This document shows positions 47,680 through 57,812 of a DNA stretch of 64,000 bases, in pieces. The notes under the pieces are model-generated. The model was not told the DNA's origin, did no database searches, and saw nothing but the letters and a program-made list of their open reading frames with translations. The first letter of the stretch is position 1. Each line of letters starts with the position of its first letter. The DNA is from an uncultured Oscillospiraceae bacterium (GTDB taxonomy: Bacteria > Bacillota > Clostridia > Christensenellales > CAG-138), in contig CAYPKG010000007.1 of NCBI GenBank assembly GCA_964411275.1, forward strand, positions 7,348 to 71,347, in the 5' to 3' direction. A program made the translations under genes and the position numbers.

Positions 47680-49223
47680 GCCTGTGCCACCTCCTTCATT
47701 TCAGCCTTCAAATGGGTCATCATCAGGCCCACATCCTCTTTCTTGGCCGCCCGCCCGTCCACAATGCCGCTGACACGTCCGTCACACAGCACCAGAATGC
47801 GGTCGCACAGCTCCAGCAACACGTCCAAATCCTCGCCCACATACAGCACCGCCGCGCCCTTGGCCTTTTGCTCGTTCAGCAGGCGGTATATCGTATAGGA
47901 GGTGTTGATGTCCAGCCCGCGCACGGCGTACGCCGTCATCAAGAGGCTTGGCTGCGCCGCGATCTCCCGGCCCACCAGCATCTTCTGTACATTTCCGCCG
48001 GACAGGCGGCGGATGGGTATGGTGAGGTTGGGGGTGACCACCTCGAGATCCTCCACGATCCTTTGCGCCAGCGCTCTGGGCGCTTTCCGGTCGGCAAACA
48101 CGGAATTGCCGTTTTTATAGCTGCGAAGCATCACGTTATCCGCAAGATCCATGCTGCCCACAAGCCCCATGCCGAAACGGTCCTCCGGGACGAACGCAAG
48201 GCCCACGCCCAGCTTGAAAATATCCAGGGGGTTCTTGCCCCGAAGTTCGGTCTCCGGGCCCTCGGGAGGGATAAAGCGGATGCTGCTTTCAGGCTCCATC
48301 CTCTGCAGCCCCGCGATGGCCTCCAAAAGCTCTTTTTGGCCGCTGCCGGTGATGCCCGCGATGCCCAATATCTCCCCGCCATAGGCGGTGAAGGAAATGT
48401 CGTTGAGTCGGGCGACGCCGTCGCTGTCGATGACGGACAGATGCTCCACCACCAGCCGCTCCTTCTGGTTTTCGCAGACAGGGCGGTCGATATTAAGAAG
48501 AACCGAGCGGCCCACCATCATGTCGGTGAGCTGCTGGGGGGTGGTGTCCTTTGTCTGAATATCGCCGATGTACTCGCCCCGGCGCAACACCGCGACCCGG
48601 TCGGAAATCTCCATCACCTCGTGGAGCTTATGGGTGATGATGATGATGGATTTCCCGTCGTCCTTCATGTTGCGCATGACGGCGAAGAGCTTATCCGTCT
48701 CCTGGGGAGTCAAAACCGCCGTGGGCTCATCCAATATCAGTATTTCCGCGCCCCGGTACAGCACCTTGACGATTTCAAGGGTCTGTTTTTCAGAGACGGA
48801 CATGTCGTACACCTTTTTATCCGGCTCCACAACAAAACCATACCGGTCGCAAATCTCCTTGACCTTGCCGTGCACGCCTTTGAGGTCAACAAGCCTGCTC
48901 TCGTTTAAGCCCAATACGATATTCTCCGCTGCGGACAACACGTCCACCAGCTTGAAATGCTGGTGAATCATGCCAATCCCCAGGTCGAACGCGTCCTTGG
49001 GGGAGCGTATGGTTACTTTTTGTCCGTTCACATAGATTTGTCCGTTGTCCGGGAGATAGATACCGGACAGCATGTTCATAAGCGTGGTTTTGCCGCTTCC
49101 ATTTTCGCCCAGCAGGGATAAAATCTCCCCCCCGTTGATATCAAGGCTAATATTGCTGTTGGCAACTACCTCGCCAAATGTCTTGGTGATGTCCACCATC
49201 TGAATGACTTTTTGGCTATCCAA
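47676..49223 (-). CDS. Tandem-domain ABC transporter ATP-binding protein
   Basis: Walker A GENGSGKTT plus a second domain with GITGSGQKEL. TTG at 49223 with GAAAGGA RBS is preferred over the track start at 49313. Confidence 0.88.
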   Translation of the reverse strand: MDSQKVIQMVDITKTFGEVVANSNISLDINGGEILSLLGENGSGKTTLMNMLSGIYLPDNGQIYVNGQKVTIRSPKDAFDLGIGMIHQHFKLVDVLSAAENIVLGLNESRLVDLKGVHGKVKEICDRYGFVVEPDKKVYDMSVSEKQTLEIVKVLYRGAEILILDEPTAVLTPQETDKLFAVMRNMKDDGKSIIIITHKLHEVMEISDRVAVLRRGEYIGDIQTKDTTPQQLTDMMVGRSVLLNIDRPVCENQKERLVVEHLSVIDSDGVARLNDISFTAYGGEILGIAGITGSGQKELLEAIAGLQRMEPESSIRFIPPEGPETELRGKNPLDIFKLGVGLAFVPEDRFGMGLVGSMDLADNVMLRSYKNGNSVFADRKAPRALAQRIVEDLEVVTPNLTIPIRRLSGGNVQKMLVGREIAAQPSLLMTAYAVRGLDINTSYTIYRLLNEQKAKGAAVLYVGEDLDVLLELCDRILVLCDGRVSGIVDGRAAKKEDVGLMMTHLKAEMKEVAQA

Positions 49224-49361
49224 AGCTTTGTCCTTTCTGTGCCGTCTCCGGCGAAAAAATATGTGCCATCGCGATGCACCGGTACAGCTGTGAGAAAGGC
49301 GAGCCAGCCGCACCTGCCGAAGCCGAATTTAGATAAAAAAAATACCATGAGTTCGATTTGA

Positions 49362-49397
49362 AATAAGAGAAGCAGTTTTTAGGCTGCTTCTCTTATT
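49362..49397 (-). terminator. Intra-operon hairpin after the binding-protein gene
   Basis: Perfect 14-bp stem AATAAGAGAAGCAG / CTGCTTCTCTTATT with an 8-nt loop, 11 nt after the SBP stop. Confidence 0.55.
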
Positions 49398-49407
49398 CGG
49401 GACAATG

Positions 49408-50691
49408 TTAGCCGACGTTGAGCTCGGTGATGCCGTCGATGCGCAGGCCGAAGTATGGCGCGGAGCGCAGCGTGGACTCTACAAAGATACCGTCAACGAT
49501 GGCTTCGCCGGTATCGTTCACGAAATCGCCGTCGGTATCAAGAGCGGTATACGTGGTGACGGTTTCGCCGGCCACGGTGTAGTTCTTGGTATCGAATATC
49601 TTGAGCGATCCGTCCTTGATGGAAGCGATGACTTCGTTTACCTTCTCCTCTGTGCCGGGGGCGCAGCTTTCGCCCAGCTTGGAGATCATGACCGCGTCGT
49701 TGGCATAGCCCAGCGCCAGGTCGACGGGGATGGTCTCGCCCTTTAGGAACGCGTCCATCATCGGGGTATACAGGGCGCCCCAGTTGTTTTGGGAGGAGGT
49801 CAGCGCGGCCGTGGGGGCGACGCTCAGCATGTCGATGTTGTAACCCACGCTGTACACGACTTTGCCGCTATCCAGGGCAGCCTGAACCGCGCTGGGAGCG
49901 CCGGTAGAGTCGGCATGCTGGCCGATGATCACACAGCCCTTGGCCATCAAAGCGTTGGCAGCTTCGCCTTCGGAGGTGGGATCATACCAGGAGTTGGTGT
50001 ACTGCACGTCCATGTACGCTTCGGGCACGATGGACCGGATGCCCAGGAAGAACGCGGTGTAGCCGGAGACCACTTCCGCATAGGGGTACGCGCCAACGTA
50101 GCCGATATGGGGATCGGTGACGGTGCCCGCGTCCATGAGCTCCTTCAATTTCATGCCCGCCACAACGCCGGACACGTAACGGGACTCATAGGTGTAGGGG
50201 AACATGTTGGCAACATTGGTAAGGCCGCTGAGGGCAGCCGTGTCGCCGGTGCAGGGGACGAAGAATACGTCCGGATACTCCGCCGCAGCCTGCATCATGT
50301 AGGACTGATGGCCATAGCTGACGGAGAAGATGATCGCGCAGCCCTGCTCCGCCAGGTCAACGGCGGTATCGTAGCAGACTTCGCTTTCAGGGATGTTGTA
50401 CTTGAAAATCAGCTGCTCGTCGGACAGGCCCAGCGCGTCGCGAGCGGCCCAGACGCCCTCGATATGGGCCATATCATAGCCGGAGTTCTCGTCGTGAATG
50501 AGGATGACGCCGATTTTGACGGCATCAGCGGGCGCGGGCTCCTCGCCAGCGGGTTCGGGATCCTGAGCCACAGGGGCCGTTTCTTCGGGCGCCGGAGCAG
50601 GATCCTCGGGCGTCTGCGTTGAAGGTTGCGCACAGGCTGCTAAAGACAGAACCATCATGAGCGCCAAAAGCAATGCGAACAGTTTCTTCAT
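49408..50691 (-). CDS. BMP-family ABC transporter substrate-binding lipoprotein
   Basis: Lipobox SLAAC, followed by a Pro/Glu/Ala-rich linker and a BMP-type fold. Confidence 0.9.
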   Translation of the reverse strand: MKKLFALLLALMMVLSLAACAQPSTQTPEDPAPAPEETAPVAQDPEPAGEEPAPADAVKIGVILIHDENSGYDMAHIEGVWAARDALGLSDEQLIFKYNIPESEVCYDTAVDLAEQGCAIIFSVSYGHQSYMMQAAAEYPDVFFVPCTGDTAALSGLTNVANMFPYTYESRYVSGVVAGMKLKELMDAGTVTDPHIGYVGAYPYAEVVSGYTAFFLGIRSIVPEAYMDVQYTNSWYDPTSEGEAANALMAKGCVIIGQHADSTGAPSAVQAALDSGKVVYSVGYNIDMLSVAPTAALTSSQNNWGALYTPMMDAFLKGETIPVDLALGYANDAVMISKLGESCAPGTEEKVNEVIASIKDGSLKIFDTKNYTVAGETVTTYTALDTDGDFVNDTGEAIVDGIFVESTLRSAPYFGLRIDGITELNVG

Positions 50692-51008
50692 ATTTGTTCC
50701 TCCTCTTTTTTTTGTTGCGTATTGAGTCGTCCGAATTACGGACGTGGCAACCGTTTTATATAGATCCGCCGTGAAACAACATAAATAATTATATACTCAT
50801 TTCATCAGCCTGTAAAGAAAAACTCCGAACCTCAATTGTCAGTTATCTATATCCAATTGTTCACATCTATCCGAATAATTTTCTATTTTAACCAAAATAT
50901 AACGTCGTATTTTCGAACATTCAAGGGGTAATTTCCCAAATTCTTACTTATTTTCCGGACGGCAGCCGTCAGTAACTTCTTGAGACTAGCCAGGAAAAAC
51001 CGCCGTCT

Positions 51009-52247
51009 TTATCCGCCGATCCGCCCGCTTTTTTCCAGGGCATGGATATTCGGCTCGCACAGAAATGGTTCCCCCGCGGCTTTCATGGCATTATTTACAT
51101 CCTTCAAACCAGAGCCTGTGCAGATGGCGGTAACCGTCTCGTCAGGCCGGATCATGCCCGTTTCCACCGCTTTTTTCACCCCTGCCGCGGCAGTCACCCC
51201 CGCAGGCTCTCCAAACACGCCTTCTGTGCGGCCCAGCAGGCGCATGGCGGCATAAATTTCCTCGTCGCTGACAGCTGCCCACGCGCCGGAGGAAGCGCTT
51301 ACAGCCCGCAACGCCTTTTTCGGGTTTCTCGGCACGCCTACAGCGATGCTGTCCGCGATGGTGTTCTCTTTGGCGGCAACCAAATCCCGGCCTTCCCTCG
51401 CCGCGTCCACAAAGGGGCAGCACCCGGAGGATTGCACCCCCAGTATCTTTGGAATGCGCTCGATCATCCCCATCTCGTAGAGATCATTGAAGCCGTTGTA
51501 CACGCCACCGATGGTGCAGCCATCTCCCACGGATACGGCCACCCAGTCGGTGGGCTGCCAGTTCATCTGCTCCGCAATCTCCAGGGCGACGGTCTTTTTC
51601 CCCTCAGTGAGGATGGGATTGATCCCGGCGTTGCGGTTGTAAAATCCCCATTTTTCAATGGCGTCCCGGGAAAGCTCGAATGTCTGCCGGTAATCCCCCC
51701 GGACGCTGATGACATTGGCGCCGAATATCAAAAGCTGGGCAACCTTCCCCTTGGGCGCGCGCTCCGGCACGAATATCACGGTTTTAACCCCCATCCGCGC
51801 GGCGTTGCCCGCCACGGAGGAGGCGGCGTTGCCGGTGGACGAGCAGGCGATTGTATCATAGCCAAGCTCCAGCGCCTTGGCTACCGCAACGGCGCTGGCC
51901 CGGTCTTTCAATGAGGCGGTGGGATTGAGCCCGTCGTCCTTGATGTAAAGGGCCTTGAGCCCCAGCTCATCCCCAAGGCGGTTGGATGAATACAGCGGCG
52001 TCCATCCCACCCGCAAAAACCGCGACAGCCCTTTTCCGGCAATGGGCATCAGCGCCCGATAGCGCCACATGCTGTTATCCCGGTCCTTCGCGAGGGTTTC
52101 CCGGTTCATTTGTTTTTTTACTTGCGCATAGTCGAATACGATGTCGAGGATGCCCTTTTCTCCACAGTAAGGGCAGGTCATCCGCTCCTGCTCGTAAGAG
52201 AATTCCGCGTTGCATACCGTACAGCGGTAGCCCGATATATTAGACAT
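51009..52247 (-). CDS. Threonine synthase-like PLP enzyme with N-terminal zinc ribbon (short, archaeal-type)
   Basis: CTVCNAEF...CPYCGEKG zinc ribbon. PLP-lysine context NPTASLKDRAS. Confidence 0.8.
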   Translation of the reverse strand: MSNISGYRCTVCNAEFSYEQERMTCPYCGEKGILDIVFDYAQVKKQMNRETLAKDRDNSMWRYRALMPIAGKGLSRFLRVGWTPLYSSNRLGDELGLKALYIKDDGLNPTASLKDRASAVAVAKALELGYDTIACSSTGNAASSVAGNAARMGVKTVIFVPERAPKGKVAQLLIFGANVISVRGDYRQTFELSRDAIEKWGFYNRNAGINPILTEGKKTVALEIAEQMNWQPTDWVAVSVGDGCTIGGVYNGFNDLYEMGMIERIPKILGVQSSGCCPFVDAAREGRDLVAAKENTIADSIAVGVPRNPKKALRAVSASSGAWAAVSDEEIYAAMRLLGRTEGVFGEPAGVTAAAGVKKAVETGMIRPDETVTAICTGSGLKDVNNAMKAAGEPFLCEPNIHALEKSGRIGG

Positions 52248-52538
52248 ATTACACCTCTTATGATATGTATGAAAGAGATCGCTGTTCTGTTTCTACTATA
52301 CTATAAAGCAAGCAGTTTGTACAGAAAAAATCATAAAAATATTCTTTACAGCTAAAAATATTTATGTTCCGGCGCGCCGGGCAGAGCATCACCAATATAG
52401 GAATAAAATAGCAATCAATATTTACCTTTTGCTTTCTTTTTTATTCCATTTTGCAAAACAATGTGGTTTTTGGATGTACCAAATGGGCGCGCCAGAATTT
52501 CGGCGCGCCCGTGTTATGAACATGGATTGATCATCCTG

Positions 52539-52606
52539 AGTTGAACAATCAAAGCGTAAACCCTCAAAAAAGCGCAGGCTGCCCAGCAGCGGCGGTTTTA
52601 TGACAT
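52539..52606 (-). repeat. 68-nt repeat (family 2), copy A
   Basis: The reverse complement matches 61724..61791 at 60 of 68 positions (hand alignment). It abuts the stop codon of the gene at 52606..53520. Confidence 0.7.
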
Positions 52607-53520
52607 CAGATATTGAATTCCCGCCGGATGTGGGCGACAATTTCCTCGCCAATGCGGGTTTGCGCCTCTTTGGTAGAGCCGCCCACATGGGGGGTCATGC
52701 TCACCTTGGGGTGATGAATAAGCCGCTGGTTTAAGCAGGGCTCTTCCTGATACACGTCGATGCCCGCGCCGGAAAGCTTGCCGCTGTCAAGGGCATCGAG
52801 AAGCGCCTCCTCATCCACAAGGCTTCCCCGGGCGGTGTTGATGAGCACAGCGCCATCCTTCATCTTCCCGATAAAATCGCGGTTTACCAGCGGCGGACAG
52901 CCCTTTTGCGCCGGCATATGCAGCGACACATAATCCGCTTTTGCCAGGAGCGCGTCCATATCCCTATGAACGCAGGGTTCATGTTCCTTTTTGGGGCCGG
53001 AGCGGTTGGTATACATCACATGCATGCCCAGTGCCCTTGCCATGCGGGCGGTTTCCTGGGCAATGCGGCCCATGCCCACCAGCCCCACGGTTTTCCCGGC
53101 GATTTCCGTGCCCTTATAGGACTTCTTCTCCCATTTTCCTTCCCGCATTGTGGCGTTGGCAATGCCGATGAAGCGCGCCACCGCAAACATATGGCCGATG
53201 GCCAGTTCCGCGACCGAAGCGGAACTTGCGTTGGGGGTGTTGCATACAACGATGCCATGATCCATGGCGTACTGCACGTCGATGTTGTCAACCCCCACGC
53301 CGCCGCGGATGATCAGCCTTAGCTTCCCTGTGCACAGCGCCGCGTCGATCACGGGCTCACGCACCTTGGTGGCGGAGCGCACCACCAGCACATCGAAATT
53401 CTTGACCTGTTCCATCAGCTCTTCTACCTCGTAGAATTGCTGCACCACCTCGCAGCCCAGCTCCGTCAATGTCTGTACCGCTTTTTTGTCCATTCCATCA
53501 CTGGCTAAAATGCGTAACAT
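52606..53520 (-). CDS. D-isomer-specific 2-hydroxyacid dehydrogenase, phosphoglycerate dehydrogenase-like (no ACT domain)
   Basis: ATG at 53520. GLVGMGRIAQ NAD motif. Arg/Glu/His contexts NTARGSL, YQEEP and TPHVGGST. Confidence 0.85.
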   Translation of the reverse strand: MLRILASDGMDKKAVQTLTELGCEVVQQFYEVEELMEQVKNFDVLVVRSATKVREPVIDAALCTGKLRLIIRGGVGVDNIDVQYAMDHGIVVCNTPNASSASVAELAIGHMFAVARFIGIANATMREGKWEKKSYKGTEIAGKTVGLVGMGRIAQETARMARALGMHVMYTNRSGPKKEHEPCVHRDMDALLAKADYVSLHMPAQKGCPPLVNRDFIGKMKDGAVLINTARGSLVDEEALLDALDSGKLSGAGIDVYQEEPCLNQRLIHHPKVSMTPHVGGSTKEAQTRIGEEIVAHIRREFNI

Positions 53521-53673
53521 AAATAAGTCTCTCCTTTTTTCAGCTTTAGGGGAAAGCAGTTTCTGCCCTGGGGCAGTCATTCGGTTGTACATGCAATACG
53601 GTTAACGGTTTCTTTCTGAACCGGGCAGACAGCGGCATTGCTGCCTGCCCGGAAAACAACATGAAATTTTAGA

Positions 53674-54759
53674 TTACAGCCCTGCTTCGAACTTCTTCAT
53701 AAAATCGACGAGTTTTTCCACGCCTTCTATGGGCATGGCGTTGTAAATCGAAGCGCGCATGCCGCCCACGGAGCGGTGGCCCTTCAGGTTGGCAAAGCCC
53801 AATGCGGCGGTTTCCTTTACGAACCGGGCGTTGACCTCATCGTCCTCGGCGCGGAACGTTATGTTCATCATGGAGCGGCTTTCCTTTGATACCGGGTTTT
53901 TAAACACGGCGCTGCTGTCGAGATAATCATAGAGAAGCTGCGCCTTTTTCTCATTAAACGCCTTGCGCGCGCTGAGCCCGCCGCTCGCCTTGATCCAATC
54001 GAGCACCAGCTTGCATACATAGATGGAATAGCACGGCGGCGTGTTGTACATCGAGTCGTTTTTCGCCAGGACGCTATAATTGCACATTGTGGGTACAAAT
54101 TGGGGCAAATCCTCCCGGATCAGATCCTCCCGGATGATCACCACCGTCAGCCCGGCCGGGGCCATGTTCTTCTGGGCGCCCGCGTAGATGAGGCCGAATT
54201 TCGAAACGTCCACCGGCTCCGACAGGATGCAGCTGGACATGTCCGCCACCAGCGGCACGTCCCCAGTGTCCGGGATGTAATCCCATTTGGTTCCGAATAT
54301 GGTGTTGTTCAAGCAAATGTGCACATAATCCGCGTCCGGCCGGAGATTGAGTTCCTCCTGGCGGGGGATGCGGGAGAATGTCTCGGATTTGGTGGTGGCC
54401 GCCAGCTGGATGTCTCCGTATTTCTTCGCCTCGTCATAGGCCTTGCCGGAGAACTGGCCGGTGACGATATAATCCGCTTTGCCGGTTTTCATAAGGTTCA
54501 TGGGAACCATAGCGAACTGCAGGCTCGCGCCGCCCTGGAGCAACAACACCTTGTAATTGTCCGGGATGGCCATAACCTCGCGCAAAAGCGCCCCGCATTC
54601 CTTGATGATGCCGTCATACACCTTGGAGCGGTGGCTCATTTCCATGACGCTCATGCCGGAACCTTGATAGTTTAGCATGTCGTCCCGGGCAAGCTCCAGC
54701 ACGCTTTCAGGGAGCATGGACGGTCCTGCCGAGAAATTATAAATGCGATCGTATGCCAT
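53674..54759 (-). CDS. serC: Phosphoserine aminotransferase (canonical)
   Basis: ATG at 54759 with AGGAGG. Motifs NFSAGP, SHRS, QGGAS, VADMSS, YAGAQKN, YNTPP and KGHRSVGGMRAS are all present. Confidence 0.92.
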   Translation of the reverse strand: MAYDRIYNFSAGPSMLPESVLELARDDMLNYQGSGMSVMEMSHRSKVYDGIIKECGALLREVMAIPDNYKVLLLQGGASLQFAMVPMNLMKTGKADYIVTGQFSGKAYDEAKKYGDIQLAATTKSETFSRIPRQEELNLRPDADYVHICLNNTIFGTKWDYIPDTGDVPLVADMSSCILSEPVDVSKFGLIYAGAQKNMAPAGLTVVIIREDLIREDLPQFVPTMCNYSVLAKNDSMYNTPPCYSIYVCKLVLDWIKASGGLSARKAFNEKKAQLLYDYLDSSAVFKNPVSKESRSMMNITFRAEDDEVNARFVKETAALGFANLKGHRSVGGMRASIYNAMPIEGVEKLVDFMKKFEAGL

Positions 54760-54820
54760 TTGCGTTCTCCTCCTATTATGCTGTATAGATTTGTATCCGT
54801 TAAGCTGTTCTTTCACTATC

Positions 54821-54849
54821 ATTATACGGCTAAGTCATGCGCATTGCAA
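54821..54849 (-). promoter_or_regulatory. Sigma-A-type promoter of serC
   Basis: Minus strand: TTGCAA, 17 nt, TATAAT. Confidence 0.5.
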
Positions 54850-54915
54850 GCCCGTTAAAAAAATATTTTTAGGCTTGTTGAATTTTTTTTAGCATTTTCC
54901 CGCTTATAGCAAAAT

Positions 54916-54986
54916 ACCCTTCGCCTCGTCCAGATGACGACCCGCTTAAAACTGCGTTTCCTGTCATTCTGGGCGAAGCGAAGGGT
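54916..54986 (-). terminator. Long-stem terminator after aspartate kinase
   Basis: 19-bp stem with one wobble and one mismatch and a 33-nt loop, followed on the minus strand by ATTTTG. Confidence 0.6.
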
Positions 54987-55054
54987 CTTATGTTCTCCCG
55001 TCCAATGGACAGGTTTTCCTGACGATTCCCGTACAGGGGCCTTTTTCTGGTCTT

Positions 55055-56362
55055 TTACTCTACAAACGCGTTGTAAATGGCTTGAATGGCGGGCTGCAGC
55101 TCGTCGCTCTCCACGCCCACGATGATGTTCATCTCGCTGGAGCCCTGGTCGATCATGCGGATGTTGACCCCCACATTGGCAAGGGCGGTAAACAGCTTTC
55201 CCGACACGCCTACGGAACGCACCATGCCCCGGCCAACCGTAGCAATCAACGCCATGTTGTCGTGGATTTCCACGCTGTCGGCGTTGCAGGAAGCCATCAG
55301 CTCGTCGGTGACCAGCTGGCGCTTGCCCTCCAGCTCCTTATCCTCCACCACCAGCGACATGGTGTCGATGCCGGTGGGCATATGCTCAAAGGAGATCCGG
55401 TGCTTTTTCAAAACGGACAAAACATTGTAGCCAAAGCCGATCTCGCCGTGCATATTGTCCTTGGCGATGGCGATCACCGTAAACCCGGTACGCCCCGCAA
55501 TGCCGGTGACGCGGCCCTCGTGGGTGGCGCCCTCGTTGTCGGGGATGATAAGCGTTCCCGGTTCTTCAGGCGCATTGGTATTGCGCACATTGATGGGGAT
55601 ACAGGCCTGCCGTACGGGGAAAATGCTGTCCTCGTGCAAAACCGTTGCGCCCATGTACGCAAGCTCCCGAAGCTCGGAATAGGTGATCTGTGCGATATGC
55701 TTGGGATTGTTCACAAGCCTGGGATCCGCCATCAAAAACCCGGATACATCCGTCCAGTTCTCATAGAGGTCCGCGCCCACGCCTCTGGCAACCAGCGCCC
55801 CGGTGATATCCGAGCCGCCCCGGGGAAACACCTTGATTTGCCCATCCGGCAGGCTGCCGTAAAAGCCCGGAACCACCACCCGGGTCATGGATTTCAATTG
55901 CTCCATCCGCCGCTGGGTCTCCTCAGGGTCGAACACGCCGTTGGGGTCAAAGCTCACAAGCTCAGCCGCATCCACAAACGCAAACCCGAGATAATCAGCC
56001 AGCATCAGCCCGTTGAGGTATTCTCCACGGCTGGCCGCGTAATCCGCGCTGGCTCCGTCCATCAGGTGGTTCCAAATGATTTGCAGATGGGCGCGGATGT
56101 CAATGCGAAGCGACAGCTCCTGGGCGATGTCGATGTAGCGCTGCGCGATCTCGTCGAACGCCTCTTCAAAGGATTGTCCCGCCGCCGCCTGGGCCTGGCA
56201 GCAGAAGAGCAGGTCCGTGATTTTATTATCCTTATAGCTGCGCTTTCCGGGCGCCGAGGGTACCAGATATGCCCGGTTCAAATCCCCTTCCATAATCGCC
56301 CGAACCTTACGAAACTGCGCGGCATCCGCCAGAGAACTGCCGCCAAACTTTGCAACCTTCAC
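55055..56362 (-). CDS. Aspartate kinase (monofunctional, C-terminal ACT domains)
   Basis: GGAGG lies 8 nt before the GTG at 56362 (VKVAKFGGSSLAD). The track start at 56377 is the TTG overlapping that RBS. Confidence 0.92.
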   Translation of the reverse strand: MKVAKFGGSSLADAAQFRKVRAIMEGDLNRAYLVPSAPGKRSYKDNKITDLLFCCQAQAAAGQSFEEAFDEIAQRYIDIAQELSLRIDIRAHLQIIWNHLMDGASADYAASRGEYLNGLMLADYLGFAFVDAAELVSFDPNGVFDPEETQRRMEQLKSMTRVVVPGFYGSLPDGQIKVFPRGGSDITGALVARGVGADLYENWTDVSGFLMADPRLVNNPKHIAQITYSELRELAYMGATVLHEDSIFPVRQACIPINVRNTNAPEEPGTLIIPDNEGATHEGRVTGIAGRTGFTVIAIAKDNMHGEIGFGYNVLSVLKKHRISFEHMPTGIDTMSLVVEDKELEGKRQLVTDELMASCNADSVEIHDNMALIATVGRGMVRSVGVSGKLFTALANVGVNIRMIDQGSSEMNIIVGVESDELQPAIQAIYNAFVE

Positions 56363-56409
56363 CGTGTTAACCTCCAAATTTCACTCAGTGGCCGAAACCG
56401 CTTACCCCA

Positions 56410-57732
56410 TTAATCTAAAATGCGCCTGCACTCGATATAATACCGCTTTTCGTTGGCTTCGCCCATGGAGAATGTTTTGCGCGGCAGCGCCCCATCGTAC
56501 ACCATGGTGGGAAATAAATCCTCTTTGCCCATGCCGGGAAGCAAAAATCCCACCGCATCCGGCTTTTTCGCAAGCGACCGGGTCACGTCCTCGCCATGGA
56601 TATAGTCTACCTCGCTGCCCGGAATTTCTTTTACGAGTTCGTCAAGCGCGGACTGCAGCGCTCCCACCGGCAGCTGCTGAGCTGGGTTCACGATCACAAG
56701 CGCGCCCTCCCAATCCCCATAAAAACAGGGAATGACAAATGTCTTTTGATCAGCAGCCGGGGCTTCTTCCATTTTCACAATCCGGCAATCCCCGTTTTGC
56801 TTTTTCAGGCAATTAACGAGGGTCTCCATAGCCGCTTTAGGCGACACGCCAAACAGCACCCGGTGAATGGGCTCGAATACGATGCCCTCGTCATGCACGT
56901 TTTCCACCTCCACCAGAGCGTAGCGGGCGGCGCAACCGGCCCATTGATCCTCCGCAAGGGTCTGCTTCAACGCTTCCCAGGCCGCCTTGGCAGTGGCCAA
57001 AGAATGGTTGCCGTCGCCCATGGCGAACAGCAGCGGCGCGGCGCCAGCGCCATACTTCGCCTGGAACTTATCCGCGTCTTTCAGGCCGTTGAGGGCGGAA
57101 ATCACCTGATCGATCAGGGCCTCATCGTTTACGAAACGGCCCTCCACATGCCCGCCGTCCAGCATCAGATCCGTGTCGTACAATAGCGGCAGGCTCGCTT
57201 TTTTCGCGGCGATAGGCTCGATCACAGTTCGTGCCGGGTCGTCGATGAGCACGAGAATATGCGGCGACTCCAGCTTTGCGCCCTGGCGGATGCGCAGCCG
57301 GGGCGGGATGCGGGAAACAACCGTTCCCTCCGACGCCCGGATGAGGGTTTGCGCCCCCTTATTGTAATCATATTTCTCAAGATCCAGCGCCATGACAAGG
57401 CCCAAGCGGGTTTTCCCCTCCGCCTGCCGGGTGACAAGCACAAAGCCCTCGCCCCGGTCCTCCAGCACGCCGTCTGCAAGATACGTTTCCATCGTCCGGC
57501 GGGCTTTGGCGATCCGTTCTTCCTCCCCAGGCTTGCCAAGATACGCCTCGGGCAAAATCAGGTTCAAGGTAGACGGCGCGTCTTTCACGATTGACTCCGC
57601 CGCTTCCCAGTATTCCGGTTGCGACGAAAACTGGTCGCAAGCGACCACCGCCCATTTTGAAAAATCAATGTCCTCCCGGGGCAGGCAGATTCGCGGCACC
57701 AGCACGCCGACTTCGTTTTGATTACGGTTCAT
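56410..57732 (-). CDS. DUF1015-family protein, function unknown
   Basis: 440 aa. N-terminal sequence PRICLPREDIDFSKWAVVACDQFSSQPEYW, plus GDGNHS and EPIHRV motifs (family recalled from memory). Confidence 0.8.
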   Translation of the reverse strand: MNRNQNEVGVLVPRICLPREDIDFSKWAVVACDQFSSQPEYWEAAESIVKDAPSTLNLILPEAYLGKPGEEERIAKARRTMETYLADGVLEDRGEGFVLVTRQAEGKTRLGLVMALDLEKYDYNKGAQTLIRASEGTVVSRIPPRLRIRQGAKLESPHILVLIDDPARTVIEPIAAKKASLPLLYDTDLMLDGGHVEGRFVNDEALIDQVISALNGLKDADKFQAKYGAGAAPLLFAMGDGNHSLATAKAAWEALKQTLAEDQWAGCAARYALVEVENVHDEGIVFEPIHRVLFGVSPKAAMETLVNCLKKQNGDCRIVKMEEAPAADQKTFVIPCFYGDWEGALVIVNPAQQLPVGALQSALDELVKEIPGSEVDYIHGEDVTRSLAKKPDAVGFLLPGMGKEDLFPTMVYDGALPRKTFSMGEANEKRYYIECRRILD

Positions 57733-57812
57733 CTGTGTTCCTCCTTACCTTTTTTTGACGTTTTTAATTCGTCGCAAATACGGCGCAGCCCAAACACAGG
57801 CCGCCGTTCGTC

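Noticed and set aside
50692-51008. The AT-rich 5' region of the BMP transporter operon as a possible purine or nucleoside riboswitch.
   Set aside because: Only one small hairpin is present (CGTCCGAATTACGGACG, about 50729-50745). I could not recognise a purine-riboswitch junction or loop consensus by eye.
54760-55054. I searched for T-box, lysine, glycine or SAM-type riboswitches upstream of serC, and likewise upstream of thrC (29397-29595), the ThrC-like gene (52248-52538) and the serC-like gene (60190-60290).
   Set aside because: I could find no T-box consensus (GGTGGTACCGCG-like) or other riboswitch core. The leaders are short, or the structures are better explained as the terminator of the upstream gene. 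A covariance-model scan would still be needed to be certain.
55082-56413. A 443-aa ORF antisense to the entire aspartate kinase gene. Similar long antisense ORFs lie at 47712..48908, 45620..46552, 6563..7693, 20549..21421 and 57..1957-2862-type shadows.
   Set aside because: Each lies exactly opposite a gene with clear family motifs. None has an RBS or recognisable domain, and their composition is Arg/Gly/His/Pro-rich. This is the expected stop-codon-poor shadow frame of GC-rich coding DNA.
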